The notes below the pieces were generated by a model. It ran no database searches. It had not been told where the DNA came from and saw only the letters and a program-made list of their open reading frames with translations. A DNA stretch of 63,054 bases, counting the filler, from Nemertoderma westbladi (Eukaryota; Animalia; Xenacoelomorpha), in NCBI GenBank assembly GCA_032718475.1. It is 3 parts of 3 records of this genome, joined end to end, with 100 filler letters (N's around TTAATTAATTAA, not from the genome) between each part and the next. Parts side by side here need not be neighbours in the genome. Positions count along the whole stretch, not along the records: positions 1 to 29,393 come from JAUCBJ010003710.1; 2 more parts are not named here. One strand, written 5' to 3'. Both the position numbers and the translations under genes were made by a program. Below, piece by piece: positions 12,005 through 27,744 of the stretch. The stretch's first letter is position 1. Each line of letters starts with the position of its first letter.

Positions 12005-12960
12005 GTCCGCTTTGATTTATTGGTATCACAGGACCGAGCGGCTCACGGTTTGAGGTTTCCGCTATGCGTTATTTCGTAAACATGTCCATTGTGCGCATTG
12101 CGGTCTTCGCACACACAAGGCTCCCACCCAACCTGGAGTTCTTTGCGAGCACCTCACCGATAATCGTATCGAACTTTATTGTCCGCGTTAATAACGACCA
12201 TATCTTCTTCTCCTGTTTGGGCTAGAGCATGAAACAAACGTCACCCGATATATTCGATCGTGGGAAGGATGCGCAGATCTCAACATGATTACCACGTTCC
12301 GATACGCCACAGCGAAAGCTCACCTCGGTTTATACACAGTTGCCCCCTTTACCTGCGCGACAGATATTCGGCGTGCTTGGCTACCGAGTTATGAGCTCCT
12401 CAACCGTGTAGCCTCCTGCATGAACACCCGCTTCGTCCGATGCTTCCTTCTCGAGATACACCCAGAGCGCGCGATGTCCTATGACATAATAAAGTTTATT
12501 AGTGACGCTCCATTTTATGGTCCACAGTTCCTGTAAGGACATTCCGAGCTGTTCCTTCAGCGTCGAGTTTTCAGCGAACACGCTCAATGCGAAAGACCAA
12601 TTCTTCACACTGTACCCCTGAGAATTTTCCTTGGCAAGCAACCCCTGTTTGGTGTCGTTACCCAAACTGTCTCCTCCGGACCAGTGCAAGCTGCTGTGCG
12701 GAAGCGCTTAGCCGCTCCTCCGGGATTAGAGATCCGTTGACCGGCTGTCGACTTGGGCGCAACGAGACCCGCTGAGTTCCTATCCTTGCCTAGTACCTCC
12801 ACAGGGACATATACCGACCGTCCGACTTCCCCGACACCAGATGCGGTAGATCCACCCCAGCCCCAATAAGACGCTTTCAAACGATGACATTACGTTACCC
12901 GCACCCCAAATGCCTGTGAAGAAGAGAAAACGGCTATTTATGTGAAATACACCCAAGCAT
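12005..12960 (+). pseudogene. GC-richer, decayed coding-like island of unknown family
   Basis: Sharp composition shift. One + frame reads long stretches (HVHCAHCGLRTHK...; the 12285 ORF) broken by a few stops. No recognisable domain. Confidence 0.3.
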
Positions 12961-14599
12961 TCCAAGCGAAAGCAATGATATAAGATTACTACCCATTAGC
13001 CTGTCAATCTTTATAAAATCACAGTACTCGTTCGTCAACCATTAAGTACGTTATAAATCTGCCATATTTGTAAATAATAAACAATATGTATTTCCCATTA
13101 GAAGAGTGAAGCTCAATACATTAGTCGTATTTATGTAGTTTCATATTTGAAGGATAATATGACCCAATACTTTCATACTTAGTACACAGATTAATTTACC
13201 AACCTACCATATTTGTAAATATATCAAACTCTAACGTTTGCTTGAAAGGTCGTTTAATACTTATTTAGTCCTACCGGAAGTGACTCAACGAACTTTATTT
13301 TTTTATATGTGGAAATTGATCTACCCTTAATTAATTTCATTTAACTATTTAGTTAGATCATTTATTGTATTTTATCGTATGTAGTAAGTATCCAATATCG
13401 ACGTTGCCTTTAACCTCTGAAAGATTGTACATACCTCCTTCCATACAAATTTCTACAAAAAAATCAATATTGTGTTATTTATAGAATAATTGTTGAACTT
13501 GTACGTAATTTTAGGGAATGGTTTTGATGCACACGCTAACTGCATATCGAAATCTTATATTTTTATCAGAGAACTATTCAACTTCTGAGTGCATAATATT
13601 TTGTGTCCAATCTGTGCTATATGCCACTGTTGAGCTTGTTTATCCATTGACCAGCATCGGTTGCCGTAATTCTAAAGCTCTTATTGGTTGCCATACTTTA
13701 TGATGTTCTTGCGCCTTATTGGCTGCTTCTATTCTTACAATGTGTATAATAGTCAATGTTCCTCCTGCTATTATTTTAGGCTTAACCTTATACCATCTGA
13801 AGCCTGTTACGAGTTTATGTAACTAGCAGGGATCTATAAAATTTCAACTTGCTGTGCACATTAAATTTTATCATTATATTATATCAGCGTATTATAGTTA
13901 TTATTATTGCCTTATATTGTTAATGAATATACAAGACCAAGGATGACACCAACTTGCTTTCCACCCAGTGAGTGCTGATTGTAACCTGTCTGTAATAGAT
14001 TCGGTTCATTTAGTGCGAGTGTGTGCGTCCATAATACTGCAATATTATTCACCAACTTGTAACTATAATCTATCGATACTATGATGTGTGCAGTACGAGT
14101 GAGCTGTGCGCTTACCACGCACTAGATCTAACATAGCATCTTACCTGTAATATAAATATGTCACACGTACATTTTCCACCGACAACACAACATAACGGAA
14201 CGGTTTACACGTAAATATTACACTATCCTCTTGAAGCAGTTTTTAGTGCCGAGGCTATATACTTAAAGTAATTGATTGTACCTTCAGACCAGATATACAT
14301 ATTAGATGATATATATATATATACATAAACATTCGTGAGTGCTCCTGCTACGTGGCAGGTATCCCAAGGCACTTGATAGCACTCACAAGAGTTACAAACA
14401 AACTCTCTTTGGCCGATGTGGGGTTAGCCTCCCGTAAAAGCCTTGACAATAATAATAATTGTAAAAATATAAATAACAAAAATAATAATAATAAATATAC
14501 AACGAGTAAAAATAATGCGAGTAAAAACAACCAAAAGTTAAAAATAGTACTATAAACTCCCCATCCTCGCACTATAATATAAGACGTAAAATCACATCC

Positions 14600-16620
<2,021 letters not shown>

Positions 16621-17398
16621 ACAAGACAGTCAATTTCAAAGCAAAGCAAATAAATGTTGTAAAACGTTAAATAAACGTTGAATACCTTAACGTTACCCAA
16701 AAGTGAGAAATAACATTTATTCAACGTCCATTTTTAGTTATTAGCATTACGGTAATACAAATTACGCAAAGTGAACCTTTATACTACATTCACAATTTTA
16801 TATTCATTCACAAAATACAACAAACGAAAAATGAACATTCATTTAATCCATGGTACGTTCAGTGAACTATTTTTGCTACCTGGGTAAGTGTTTTTCTATT
16901 GTTTAATGTTTAGCAACATTAGTAGCTATTTTTTCTGTTGTTAGCGAGTCATTTAAGTTTCATTATTGTTTTGTTCAGAAATGGAAAAAATTAGGAAGCA
17001 CGTCACCGGGTTTTCAACCAGCGCTATAAGTACCTTTTGCCCTATCTGACCTCATCTTATTTTTTCAATTTCTGAACAAAACTATATTTTTACATCATTA
17101 ATTACAGTTATATTAATAGCTAAACTCCAATTCTTTTGATAACCTGTTTCAGGCACCGTTTTAGAATTAATTAACAAATAAACTGCCTCTGTTTCCGTTG
17201 TTATAACATGAAACTCCAACTGGCTTATAGTAAATTATAAATACAGGAGTAGGCCTATTAAGTAAGTCATTATTGCTATCGTCAAACCCTTAGAAAGATA
17301 CTGTATAAAGGTATGCCCGAAATCCACGAAATTCCCACTAGCTATTAAGGCTTAGCATACAAAATAATAGCTAAATAATAATTCGGAGCAAATTTTAA

Positions 17399-20300
17399 TA
17401 AATTATTGGCGTAAAGGTGATATATTCTAGAATGTTACTGGATAACAGTAACAACTTATTTCAGCGTTACACAATATAATTGCATTATATAATATAATTT
17501 TTTTCAATTATATATTTTATTCTAGAATGTTTCTACTTAAAAATTTTTTGATTTTTGATTTTTCGAAATTTTTTGCTAATTTTTGAGGTGAATATACACT
17601 TTTCCAAGTGAATAATAATTATTTATTATATGGGAAAAAAAGTGGAACCTTTTTTCATTATTCTCGAGGCATTTTATTTACTTAGCGTTAGCGAGGTTAA
17701 TAAAGGGTGGAGAGAATACTGAAAAAAAACATTTCTACATTTTTTTCCCATGTAATACGTAATTTTATTCTTAAATTGGTACTTTCTTGTTGCTTAATAC
17801 TGTAATAAAACATAGCGATATACTGCAGTACAGTTGTGTTACAAAATAAATTGAACTAAAGTATTTAACTATATTGCTTCCAGAGTTACTGCGATTCAAA
17901 TTATTGTACTCTTCAACTCTCGATGTTACCTTACTCAATGTTAAATAATTTAGTGTTATCGAATATTTATTACGTAACTAGAGAACCGCTTAACAACATA
18001 AACCAATATTGGATATTGAGTTCCTGTTGATTCCTGTTGATTGCTTTTTTCCCTAGGGAAAAAAAGTGAAACTTTTTCTCCAGATTTTGGGGTATATTCG
18101 AGCGAAAAAGTGACAATTTAAGAATAAAAGAAGTTATTTACTTCTAATTGACCAATAGAATTATAGAGAATGTAAGAAGTAAGTGATAAACTGTATTATT
18201 GTTGATTACAGTATATAGTTGTATATAATTTGTTTGCATTGGTTGGTTTCGGGTTTTATTCGATGATACACTGCTCTTTAATTAAGTTTTTGCAACATTT
18301 CCGAAATATTACATATAAAAGGTCTTTGTTGAACCTCAACCCACCACTAATATTGAAACTCCTTAACCCTTCAGCGAGATTACCCGAAAGAAGTACATCT
18401 TTCAGATCAAATATGAAGCGGTGCATTCTTCCATCTATATCATAAGGGTTAATCATGTTAACGTTAATCGACAACATAGCCAAGAAAGGGAAGCTTCGCA
18501 AGGCTATTATAAGATCACTGCCAACACGTTCATTTGACAGAGTAAGGGTTTGAACAGAATTCATTACTGGAACCTGGGCATTTTCTACATCAATATTGTC
18601 GAGAGTCAATTCCTTTAAATTAGGGAACATAACATCTAAATCAACCAATGAAACTTTGGAAAATCCAATTTCAACACGAATGATCTGCGGTAATGTAATT
18701 CCTTTCTTAACGGCTTCTGAAATATATCCATCAAATCTGGGTTTATAGAAACTTAACTCCACTAAGTTAGTAAAGACCAGTAGGTGGTCGAATAATTGAC
18801 ATTCAAATTCTGCTTCAAATGATTGATCGACATGTTGAAAATCTAAGTTTAAACTCTCAACTGAATCCTTGCAGTGGGGGAGAACGAAGTCTTTAAGAAG
18901 GTCAGAAATAGAGTTAGGACGATAAAAAGGATAAGTTATCCATATACTCCGGGGATTACTAGACGCTAAATTAAAGTTCATAAACTTGAACTCCGTTTCA
19001 GATGGATTTATTCCACGTTCAATTAAACGCATTAGTAGAACAATTGTACATTTTCTATCTGTAATGATAGACACTTGGGGTATTAATACTTGTAAATTAA
19101 TCAGAACATCGACTGATATTTGGTGACATTCAGTTATGACCAAAGTTTGCAATCTTTCAAGTTGGGAAATGATATGAAATCCAACATATGTGAATGGAAT
19201 ACTTAATGTTTCCAGGTTTGGACAACGTCGCACAATATCATTGATGCAGACTGTGTCAACACATGTTTCAGCATTTATCTTCAGAGTAGTGAGTCGAGGG
19301 AATTGAACTGAAGTACAACTGGTACTTCCACCCCGACTGCCCCAGATAGCCATCAACCTGTTCTTTATAGCTGTGAGCTGAGGGAATTTAACAGTACCAG
19401 AGGTACCAAAACCCATGGTAGACATATCTTCTTTGCATATTTGGATACCACACAGATTCAATACTCTCAATCCTAGAGACATCGTGGGTAACCATGTTAA
19501 TAGAAGGGGGACTACAACAGGGGGAAATTGTTCGCCAAACACTTTATCTCCGTCTATTATAAGATCCAGAGGGAAAAAACATTGCTCCAAAAAAATATCC
19601 TTGTAGGACCTCATATAGCCACGCAGGGAACCTTTCGATATGCGAATGCGGTCTATATCATCTGCCCCCCTATAGTATATTATGCCTCCATATGCTGCTA
19701 GTACATAGGAGCGGAGGATATACTTTCGAAGGGACATGCGAATTCCTGGTGCAACATTGACTGTCATCCAGTTAGAGATAGCAGCTGTCATAGTAATAAC
19801 GCCATTACTGTCCCTATAGACTTGTTTTCTATGATTCGCAATCAATATAAGTTTCGCCAATGTGCGGGTGATGTTGGTATAACATATTTCCTGTAACGTT
19901 AGGATACGACCCTGCGAGTTTGGTATAACCAGTGCGTTAGACACTGTTAGAGTATCAATGTCCATGGTGAGCAGCTATTACGAAATACTAATAACAATGT
20001 GGATAGAACTGGTAACCACATGAAAAGTATACAGTATAAGTTAATAATACAGAAAATATAACTGTTTTATACACAAAGTTAGTGGAACCTAATTGGTTGA
20101 AGATTATATCATTATGTAATTTTGTCATTGTTTACGTCATGTCATGTCTGTCTGTTGCAATCTAATGAGGATATGAACTTTTTCCATATATAAGTAGTAA
20201 TAATAATATTTGCCTTTGGGAAACAGAGACTGGTCTTATCATCAAAGCCCCTGCTCCTACTACTGTATATAAGCACTGAAACAGATAAGTATTTAATTTA

Positions 20301-20518
20301 AAAAGAGTCTACAGTAGGGCGATATTCAAATAATGATAATCTCCTCATGACAATAAGATATTACAGGTTGATAATTTCGAGTATAAGAATAACGTCATTG
20401 TCTCTCATCTGTGCTGTAGTGTATTGTAGGTTTGCCTATACTGCCCGGGGGTAGAAAAAACTTTGGGAATTTACAGTAGTTATAATTTCAGGGCTGTGCT
20501 GGTCTGAATTTCTTGCTT
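17399..20518. repeat. Duplicated block, copy 2 (uninterrupted)
   Basis: Colinear with 1882-1977 plus 5898-8935. Confidence 0.9.
18256..19965 (-). CDS. Intronless BC-box-like + LRR protein, copy 2, 569 aa
   Basis: Open frame; differs from copy 1 by about 12 substitutions and two single-codon indels. Confidence 0.8.
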   Translation of the reverse strand: MDIDTLTVSNALVIPNSQGRILTLQEICYTNITRTLAKLILIANHRKQVYRDSNGVITMTAAISNWMTVNVAPGIRMSLRKYILRSYVLAAYGGIIYYRGADDIDRIRISKGSLRGYMRSYKDIFLEQCFFPLDLIIDGDKVFGEQFPPVVVPLLLTWLPTMSLGLRVLNLCGIQICKEDMSTMGFGTSGTVKFPQLTAIKNRLMAIWGSRGGSTSCTSVQFPRLTTLKINAETCVDTVCINDIVRRCPNLETLSIPFTYVGFHIISQLERLQTLVITECHQISVDVLINLQVLIPQVSIITDRKCTIVLLMRLIERGINPSETEFKFMNFNLASSNPRSIWITYPFYRPNSISDLLKDFVLPHCKDSVESLNLDFQHVDQSFEAEFECQLFDHLLVFTNLVELSFYKPRFDGYISEAVKKGITLPQIIRVEIGFSKVSLVDLDVMFPNLKELTLDNIDVENAQVPVMNSVQTLTLSNERVGSDLIIALRSFPFLAMLSINVNMINPYDIDGRMHRFIFDLKDVLLSGNLAEGLRSFNISGGLRFNKDLLYVIFRKCCKNLIKEQCIIE

Positions 20519-21506
20519 GGACTGTTTTACTAGAATGGCATTACTTAAAGGAAATGCAACAACTAAACTAAGGAAAATTAAACACACTTTGATTCATCAG
20601 TTATTGCTTTACCTAGATAAGGGGAATATGCCTTAATTTAACTCCCATTACCATGGTAAATGAAGTTTTCTAGAACAGCTCAGTTTTACATTAAGAACCG
20701 GTTTGTGTTTCCAGTGTACACAACACATATCTATTTCAATGCAGTTTCATTGATTACTTTATCTGTAAAATTAATGATTTATTTATTAAAACGTCTGTAT
20801 GCAGTGGTAGTCATGGAAACTGGATGTAAATTGGATACCAAATTAAATTGGATGCAGAATAATAGATATAGTAGGGGTATGGGTAGGTCCAAAGTCGTAA
20901 TACCATACCTTAACCTTGTGTTGAGCCGGTTTCAAAATTCGATTTGGTAACGTATAGACAATTCGCAACTTTGGACAGCACTAGCTCAAACAGATGTAAC
21001 TTAAATCAAACAAAGTTTGTGCTAGGACATACCTGGGAGTGTGGGCTTTCCACAAAATAAAACATTTGGCCATTGTCAACAACTAACAACCAACCAGCAG
21101 ACAGTATTTGGTATTAATTACTTCTAAGGTCGAAAATGGGGCGAAATTATCGGATTTTATTAATTAAAAAATGCAAAGTGTGACTTCTAATAATTCCTAT
21201 CGTACTGGAAAGCGATATTTTGCAGATTGTTTGATAAATTCGATATTTTCGTTGATAATTTCGTCTTTTTCGTTATTTTCGTGTTTTATAACTATCCGAT
21301 ATCCTATATCCGACACCAAGATACTACAGTATAAATTAATCTGCAAGAAGAAATAACAATACTATTCTACAATGGTCCTAAATTTTGCAATTGTCCTAAT
21401 GAAGATTTAATTAATTAATAACAATGTACTTAATATATAATAGTAACCTAATAAATAAGTAGTTTAATCAAGAAAAGCAATAATAACGAACAACTAAATA
21501 AACCCA

Positions 21507-21547
21507 TGGTACGTTTCGATATATTCCAAAATAATCATCATCAGCCA
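21507..21547 (-). ncRNA. Minimal type I hammerhead ribozyme motif (Penelope-type)
   Basis: UGG-CUGAUGA-U-[GAU UAUU uugg AAUA u AUC]-GAAA-CG-UA-CCA: conserved core, stem II, palindromic ACGU stem III, GUA cleavage triplet and a 3-bp stem I. Confidence 0.65.
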
Positions 21548-21698
21548 AATAAAATAAAACAACATACTGACAGAAACTCAAAATTCAGTAATTATAACTT
21601 AATTTACTAAAACTGTTGTACACATTTAGGCGTACTTAGTAAATTAAGTTATAATTACTGAATTTTGAGTTTCTGTCAGTATGTTGTTTTATTTTATT

Positions 21699-21739
21699 TG
21701 GCTGATGATGATTATTTTGGAATATATCGAAACTTACCA
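21699..21739 (+). ncRNA. Minimal hammerhead motif, second arm (stem III mutated, GAAACUUA)
   Basis: Mirror of 21507-21547 with one G>T change in stem III. Confidence 0.5.
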
Positions 21740-23499
21740 TGGGATTATTTAGTTGTTCGTTAATATTGCTTTTCTTGATTAAACTACGTTACCCAACTGG
21801 AACCTCGGTTACTTCATTAATAAATAAGTATATAGGTATAAATATATATACTGTATATAGGTATATATAGGATAAATTGGCAATAAGTACTGTATATATT
21901 AAATAAATAATAACAACCTAATAAATAAATGCCGTAAAAATCAGTATGTCATAATATCACACCCAATGAACACCTAATATTTACCTAATGAATATATAAA
22001 TTAATTAATTAAATTCCGGAAAAATCACTTTGTCAAGGAAGTAATAAATATACAGTATAAATAAATAAATGCCGGAAAATTCAAGTTTGTCAAACAAACA
22101 TCAACATTTAGTAGGTCTATTAGTGCGAATATTAATATAATAATATAAATCAAACTTACATTATAATAGGTAGTAAAAATCAAATTTATAATAATAATTT
22201 AATATTATTGATATTTATTTTAGATTTCTGCCTTATCCATTATGTTAATTTAATGTGGTCCCAGTTAATTTCATTACTACTGTAGTTACATTTATATATA
22301 CTGTATATATCTATATTTTTTCAATGCCGTGATTATTGTTATTATTACAACAATTATTAATCAATGGTTTTATATTTTTCGGATATTTACTGAAAATCAG
22401 CGTTCGAAACTCGTTTTTGAAACAGTTGCCATGGCAACCAGGTTTTACAAATGACGTCAATGGAATCTCTGATGCTGATATGTGGGGGGGTAGGTCAAGG
22501 TTAGAAGACTGTAGATTTGTTGAAAAGTGGACTTTTGTAAATGACCTCCTGTTGTCATGGTAATATGGGACCGATAAATGATGTTGCAAAGTTGGTTCCC
22601 CATAAAAAAATAAAAGGTATGGTAATTACCTACACCTCACCAACCTGTGCCAATTATGGGAAGTTTGTCCAGAACGTCCACATTAACCTGCTAAGCGACC
22701 TGACTACTCTGTCGAACCGGACATTAAAAGTTTGAAATCATCCTTATTTTGTCGTGGTAATCAATTAGCTAGAATGTTTAATAAGTGCTCGTTACCTATA
22801 AAATATATTATTTTCAAAACTTATTGTTATAACATTTATTGTTGCTTTCTGTGGTCAGTTTTTCGTGTTGCATCATTTCCGTCAATTATTTTCATATACA
22901 GTAGTAGTATCGAAGATGCCAATACCTTATTTTGTTACATGATGTCAACTTAAAAGCGTTCTGGTGAATTACTCGTAACGCTGCAAAGTACTACTTAGCA
23001 GCGTTGCGGCCTATAGGACGCAACGCTGCAAACTACTCAATAACATGGAAACAACTTAAATTACTGTATTCCAGAATGTATTTTTCAATTTATATTAATG
23101 CGGCTTCTTTATTCAATAAATCAGCACGAGTTTGTATAATGCGTGCGTCCAGTTTGAAGTGACGGGACTAGGTACTGTATGTAAATAATTGTTTAACGTG
23201 AAGGCTTTATTCCATATGTCGAAACGTCCTATAAAAGACATTTTAGAGAAAATGAGCAAAGATAATATGGCGACAGTGTTCAGTAAAACTGATCGGAAAC
23301 CGACGGTGACTCAGATTGCTTCACTCGACGATGGATCAAAGATTTATCACATCCAAGCATGAGATACCTTCCAATAAACTTTAATTGATTTAAATGTATA
23401 ATTAATACTGTGTAGGCCTACCTGTTTAATTTTCACTTATATTCGATATAGTACATGATTAAAATGTATAAATGAGCATCCATAAAATCCTTTCTTCAC

Positions 23500-25255
23500 G
23501 TACTACTAGTAGGTCGAGCGAACTCGGGCAGTGGAAATGAGATCCTTCCAGGCTTCCCGATTCTCCATAGTTGTCGCAATTTCGTTTCTCCCAAGTTTAG
23601 TATCCCTTTCAAGTTGATCTATATATGTTATGGCCGGTCGTCCACGACTACGCTTTCCATGAGTTGGTTGCCAGAGAAGTAGATCTGGTATGACCTCGTC
23701 TTTACTTCGCCAGCAGTGCCCACTGAATCTTAATCTGCGTTCACGGAGGGTGGTTGATACAGGTGGTATTGTACCATAAAGGCCATTTGTCATGTGTTGT
23801 CTCCAGCTGATGTTTAGGGCTGCCCTTAGTAGTCTTGTGTAGCAACCATCAATTCGTTGTTCAAGTGATTTAGTCAGTGTCCAGGTCTCACCCCCGTATA
23901 AAAATATACTTTCCACTGTGGCTCGAAAGAACTTAGTCTTCAGGTGCCTGGAGAGATCTGATTTCCAGATGGTATCCATTTTTGATAGAGCTACCCAAGC
24001 CTTTGCTTTCCTAACTTCTATGTCCTTTTTGCTACTCTCTATCCATGATCCAAGGTACTGGAAGTCATCGACCTTCCTTAGTTGATTATTATCAATGGTT
24101 GTCAAGTTTCCATCGACATTAAAGATCATGAATTCGGTCTTGGTAGCATTTATATGCAATCCAACCTCCTTAGCAGCCCTCTCCACTTTATTTAGTAGAA
24201 GCTGTGCATCTGCTAGCGTATTAGAGAGCAGGGCGATGTCATCCGCAAAGTCGGTGTCTGTGACTGTAGTTGCCGGATATCTACTACTTCTGCGTTCTTG
24301 AAGTGTGAATCCCAGATCTTCACCCTTTGTGGCCGTCCTCATTGCGTAATCCAGCACAATTACAAATAGTAATGGTGCTAATGTGTCACCTTGCAGTACG
24401 CCAGCCAGGATTGAGAAAAACTCAGTTTCACCATCTGGTGAGAGTACCTGCGCTTCTGTGTCACAATATAATAATCCAATGCCAGCAACAATTACTTCTG
24501 GTATTCCATAAGCTCTTAGGATTTCAAGCATTTTACCTCTATGGATGGAGTCGAATGCCACAAAAGTCATGACTGCGGGGAGATTCTTTGACTTAATTCC
24601 TTCAATCAGTCTCCGTAGTGCAAGTATCTGAGCTATTGTTGATCTACTTGGTCGAAATCCGTTTTGGCTCTTACGCAGTAGTTTCTCTATGTGAGGCCTA
24701 ATCCTATATAGAATCATTTTATTGTATATTTTGGCAGCTACCACAAGCAGACAGATCCCACGATAGTTTGTTGGTATGCCGAGGTCTCCTTTCTTGGGGA
24801 GAGGCTTTAGTTGACCTTTAGTCCAAATTGGTGGTGGCTTTTCCCCTTTTAACATCCGGTTGCAAACATTCAATAATGGTGTGTTTATCACTCCGTTTTT
24901 CCATACCTCCGCTGGGATTTCATCTAATCCACTCGCTTTATTATTGGACATGCTTTTAATGCTTCTTTGGACTTCGGCAGGTGTGAAGTCCCCTGTTTCT
25001 ATAGGTAGTGTTTTCTTATATATTTTCCTTGTAGGGCTGACCTCGATGTTTGGTGGCTGCACAAGCACGTTGCTGAAGTAATTTTTCCACTTCCCAACAC
25101 GTTCTTCAGGACTATCGGCTTTGAGGCGCCCCTTTGCACAACTTTTCCGACCAGATACCTCATTTACAGTTTGCCAGGTAAGTCTTGATTGTTGCTGTAT
25201 GTGAGCAGTTGTAATTGCTTTAGTTTTATCCTGTATGTACTTTTCCTGGCTGATG
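23500..25255 (-). mobile_element. 5'-truncated RTE-clade LINE (reverse transcriptase and C-terminus) inside ORF 23506-25437
   Basis: KASGLDEIPAE, NYRGICLL, QNGFRPSRS, GVLQGDTLAPLLF, FADDIALL, FQYLGS, RLRFSGHCWR and RGRP motifs. No endonuclease. The DFxK of FVDFxKAFDS is deleted. Confidence 0.95.
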
Positions 25256-26480
25256 TTCTTCACATACCGAACGCTGATAAGTTGAAATAATGTAACAAAA
25301 TTACATACATCATTCATTGCTTGGAAAAAGGCCACTTTACACCGTTCAAGACCCTTGTTTATTTTTGTAAACCTCTTCCTGAAGTCAAAATATTTGCACC
25401 ACCCGGAGTCCTGAAAAAATTCATCGATCGAAAGCATCTTATTCTGCGCGCAGTTATTTGAGTGGTAGTAATATAGAATTGTATTGTCAGATAATTTATT
25501 ATAATTATTTCATTATTTAACATTATTAAATAACTAATAATATTATTAGTTAGCTAATATTATTATTAATTAGCTAATAATATAATTTATTAAAAATTTT
25601 AATTTTTCGTTATTTTTTAAATTTTATATCCAATATAAATTTCGCAAAAAAATACTTCCCGAAGACAGAATGGAACCTGGAACCATCAAGGAACAACACA
25701 ACTTCAAACCCTCTGAGCTAAACATACACGAGAGTATGTTTCATGATCATGATAAATGTATGAATATCAATAATGAAAAATATTTTATGTCAATAATAGA
25801 AGAAATTATAATTCGTTCCGTTGAAATTATAACTATAACTGTATATCTGTTGACAGAAATGATAATTCAGTTCAGTATAAGTAAACAAATTTCAGCAAAG
25901 CGCAAATTAGTAAATTTTAGCACATAATGTATACAATAAGTCATGTAAGACAATAGTCAGTGCCGGATTAACCTTAAGGCATATAAGGCACGTGCCTTAG
26001 GGCCAGCCGAAAATACGGGCCATTTTTTCTCAGCGAGTCATTCCTGTGAAAATAATATTTTAATCTGAAAAGTCCACATTTTTTCTCACTAAAATTTGTA
26101 GAAAACAGAGCAAGAAAGTGCTTCTTTCGACTACTTTCTATCCCTAAATTTGTGATAGAAAGTGCAAAATTCTAGCTCAGTCGACCGACAGGTGCTGTTT
26201 TATTAGTTCGAGACCTAATGGCAGGGAAATAATAAAACATGGGCAGTAAAACTTTAAAGTGCTAATTATGAACAATGGATAATTTAATTTTATCTATTTG
26301 TGGGCAATTATTTGTAGTTACGCTCTTAAACTTTCTAGAACAACCAAATAATGAAATACTGGAAATACTGTACATAGTAAATGTATGGCGTGGAGATATG
26401 GTAGTGCGAAATTATATTTTTTAACCGGAAACTAGTTTTATAAATATAGGCCCTAATAGATAAAAAAAGGATAAATTATG

Positions 26481-26583
26481 TAATAATAATAATAATAATA
26501 ATAATATTGGTTATTTATATAGCGCTTTATTATGCTCGGCATACTCAAAGCGCTTTTATTATCATTACCCCAGCAAAGCCAGG
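26481..26583 (-). mobile_element. 3' end of an L2-type LINE/SINE, cut by the adjacent LTR
   Basis: The minus strand reads agcgctttgag...agcgctatataaat followed by an (ATT)n tail, typical of L2-dependent 3' ends. Confidence 0.6.
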
Positions 26584-27480
26584 TGTTCGCGCTTTCAGAC
26601 CTTTGGCAGTTTAACCCGCCAAATTAGGATGTCTTCTAGATAATAAATCGCTTTTAGCCTCTAACAAGTATTTGATTCACTACACTAGTTGAAACCAATC
26701 TGTGCGCGATCATTCACCCGTTGGATATACCCGGGAGATTGATTTCGACAGCTTAATCGTATTGCTATGTAAGCCTACTGTATTATTCGACTGATCGTGT
26801 TATATAATCTCTGACAATATTATTCACCTTCGGGGAATATTAGCAGTTCCTTTAGGACGTGGCGCTCTATCTATATAAACAGAGTTATGACTTAAACTAC
26901 TCACAACGATATGGCTTAGTTATAATTCACATATATGGCGCATTCTTTAGGAAATGCTTCGTTATCAGTCTCACTCATACACAATGCTGCACAATACTGC
27001 ACACTAATCTGCCGATCTTCACTGATTTTAGTCACATATAAAAGGAACACAGACCGACTCATGTAGGGTCTATCAAATAACATTAGATTCACTTCAAACC
27101 ACTTTAACATAAGTCGCAATCGTTATATATAACCTGTCTCTCTTACCTTCGGTATATCAAGAATATTGGGGTTTCGGGGTTATTTCTCGTTATTCCAATA
27201 TAATATTTCATCACCATATAATGAATAATCGACAGTAAATAGCAGTATAACAATATAAAAGTATGTACAACAAGATATATGCATTGCCCAGTTGAGTTAG
27301 GTTAGTAGGTAAGTATTGAGTTGCACAGTGATTCAGATAACGGATATATGTCCTTATAATTAAGCCTACTAGTGTTAGGCTAAAAGCAGAACAGCACAAA
27401 ATATTCCAAAGCCGTTCTTCCTGGCTCAGGACAGAATGATAAACACTGCCCATAATGCATTACGTGATTTCTCGGAAATT
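26584..27480 (-). mobile_element. Truncated LTR of the same BEL family
   Basis: Starts TGTTCGCGCTTTCAGACC (reverse complement of the LTR 3' end) and stays colinear with 31460 down to about 30535. The TGTAAAA end was not found. Confidence 0.9.
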
Positions 27481-27744
27481 TAATAGTCCATCTAATCTAT
27501 AGATGTTGTTATGTAATACCGGTACATATAAGCAGGAGTTCCTGTCACCAATAGCTGGTAGTAGAAACCTGTTTAACAGAAGTTTCTTGGGTTTCTTTTC
27601 TGCCTTATATCTAACATAGGCGTTCAATAGGAGCCTCTGCATGAAATGTATCCCTACTTTCTTATACCACTCGTGAGTTCGACGGGTTGCATCACATCAT
27701 CTTATCTTGCCTTCCTACAGATTCGAGTTTCTCCCTATGGATTA

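Larger units (their letters stand above)
21459..21787. repeat. Near-perfect palindrome with ~152-bp arms and a 25-nt loop; probable inverted pseudo-LTR of a Penelope-like element
   Basis: 21459-21610 is the reverse complement of 21636-21787 with a few mismatches; each arm carries a hammerhead core. Confidence 0.85.
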
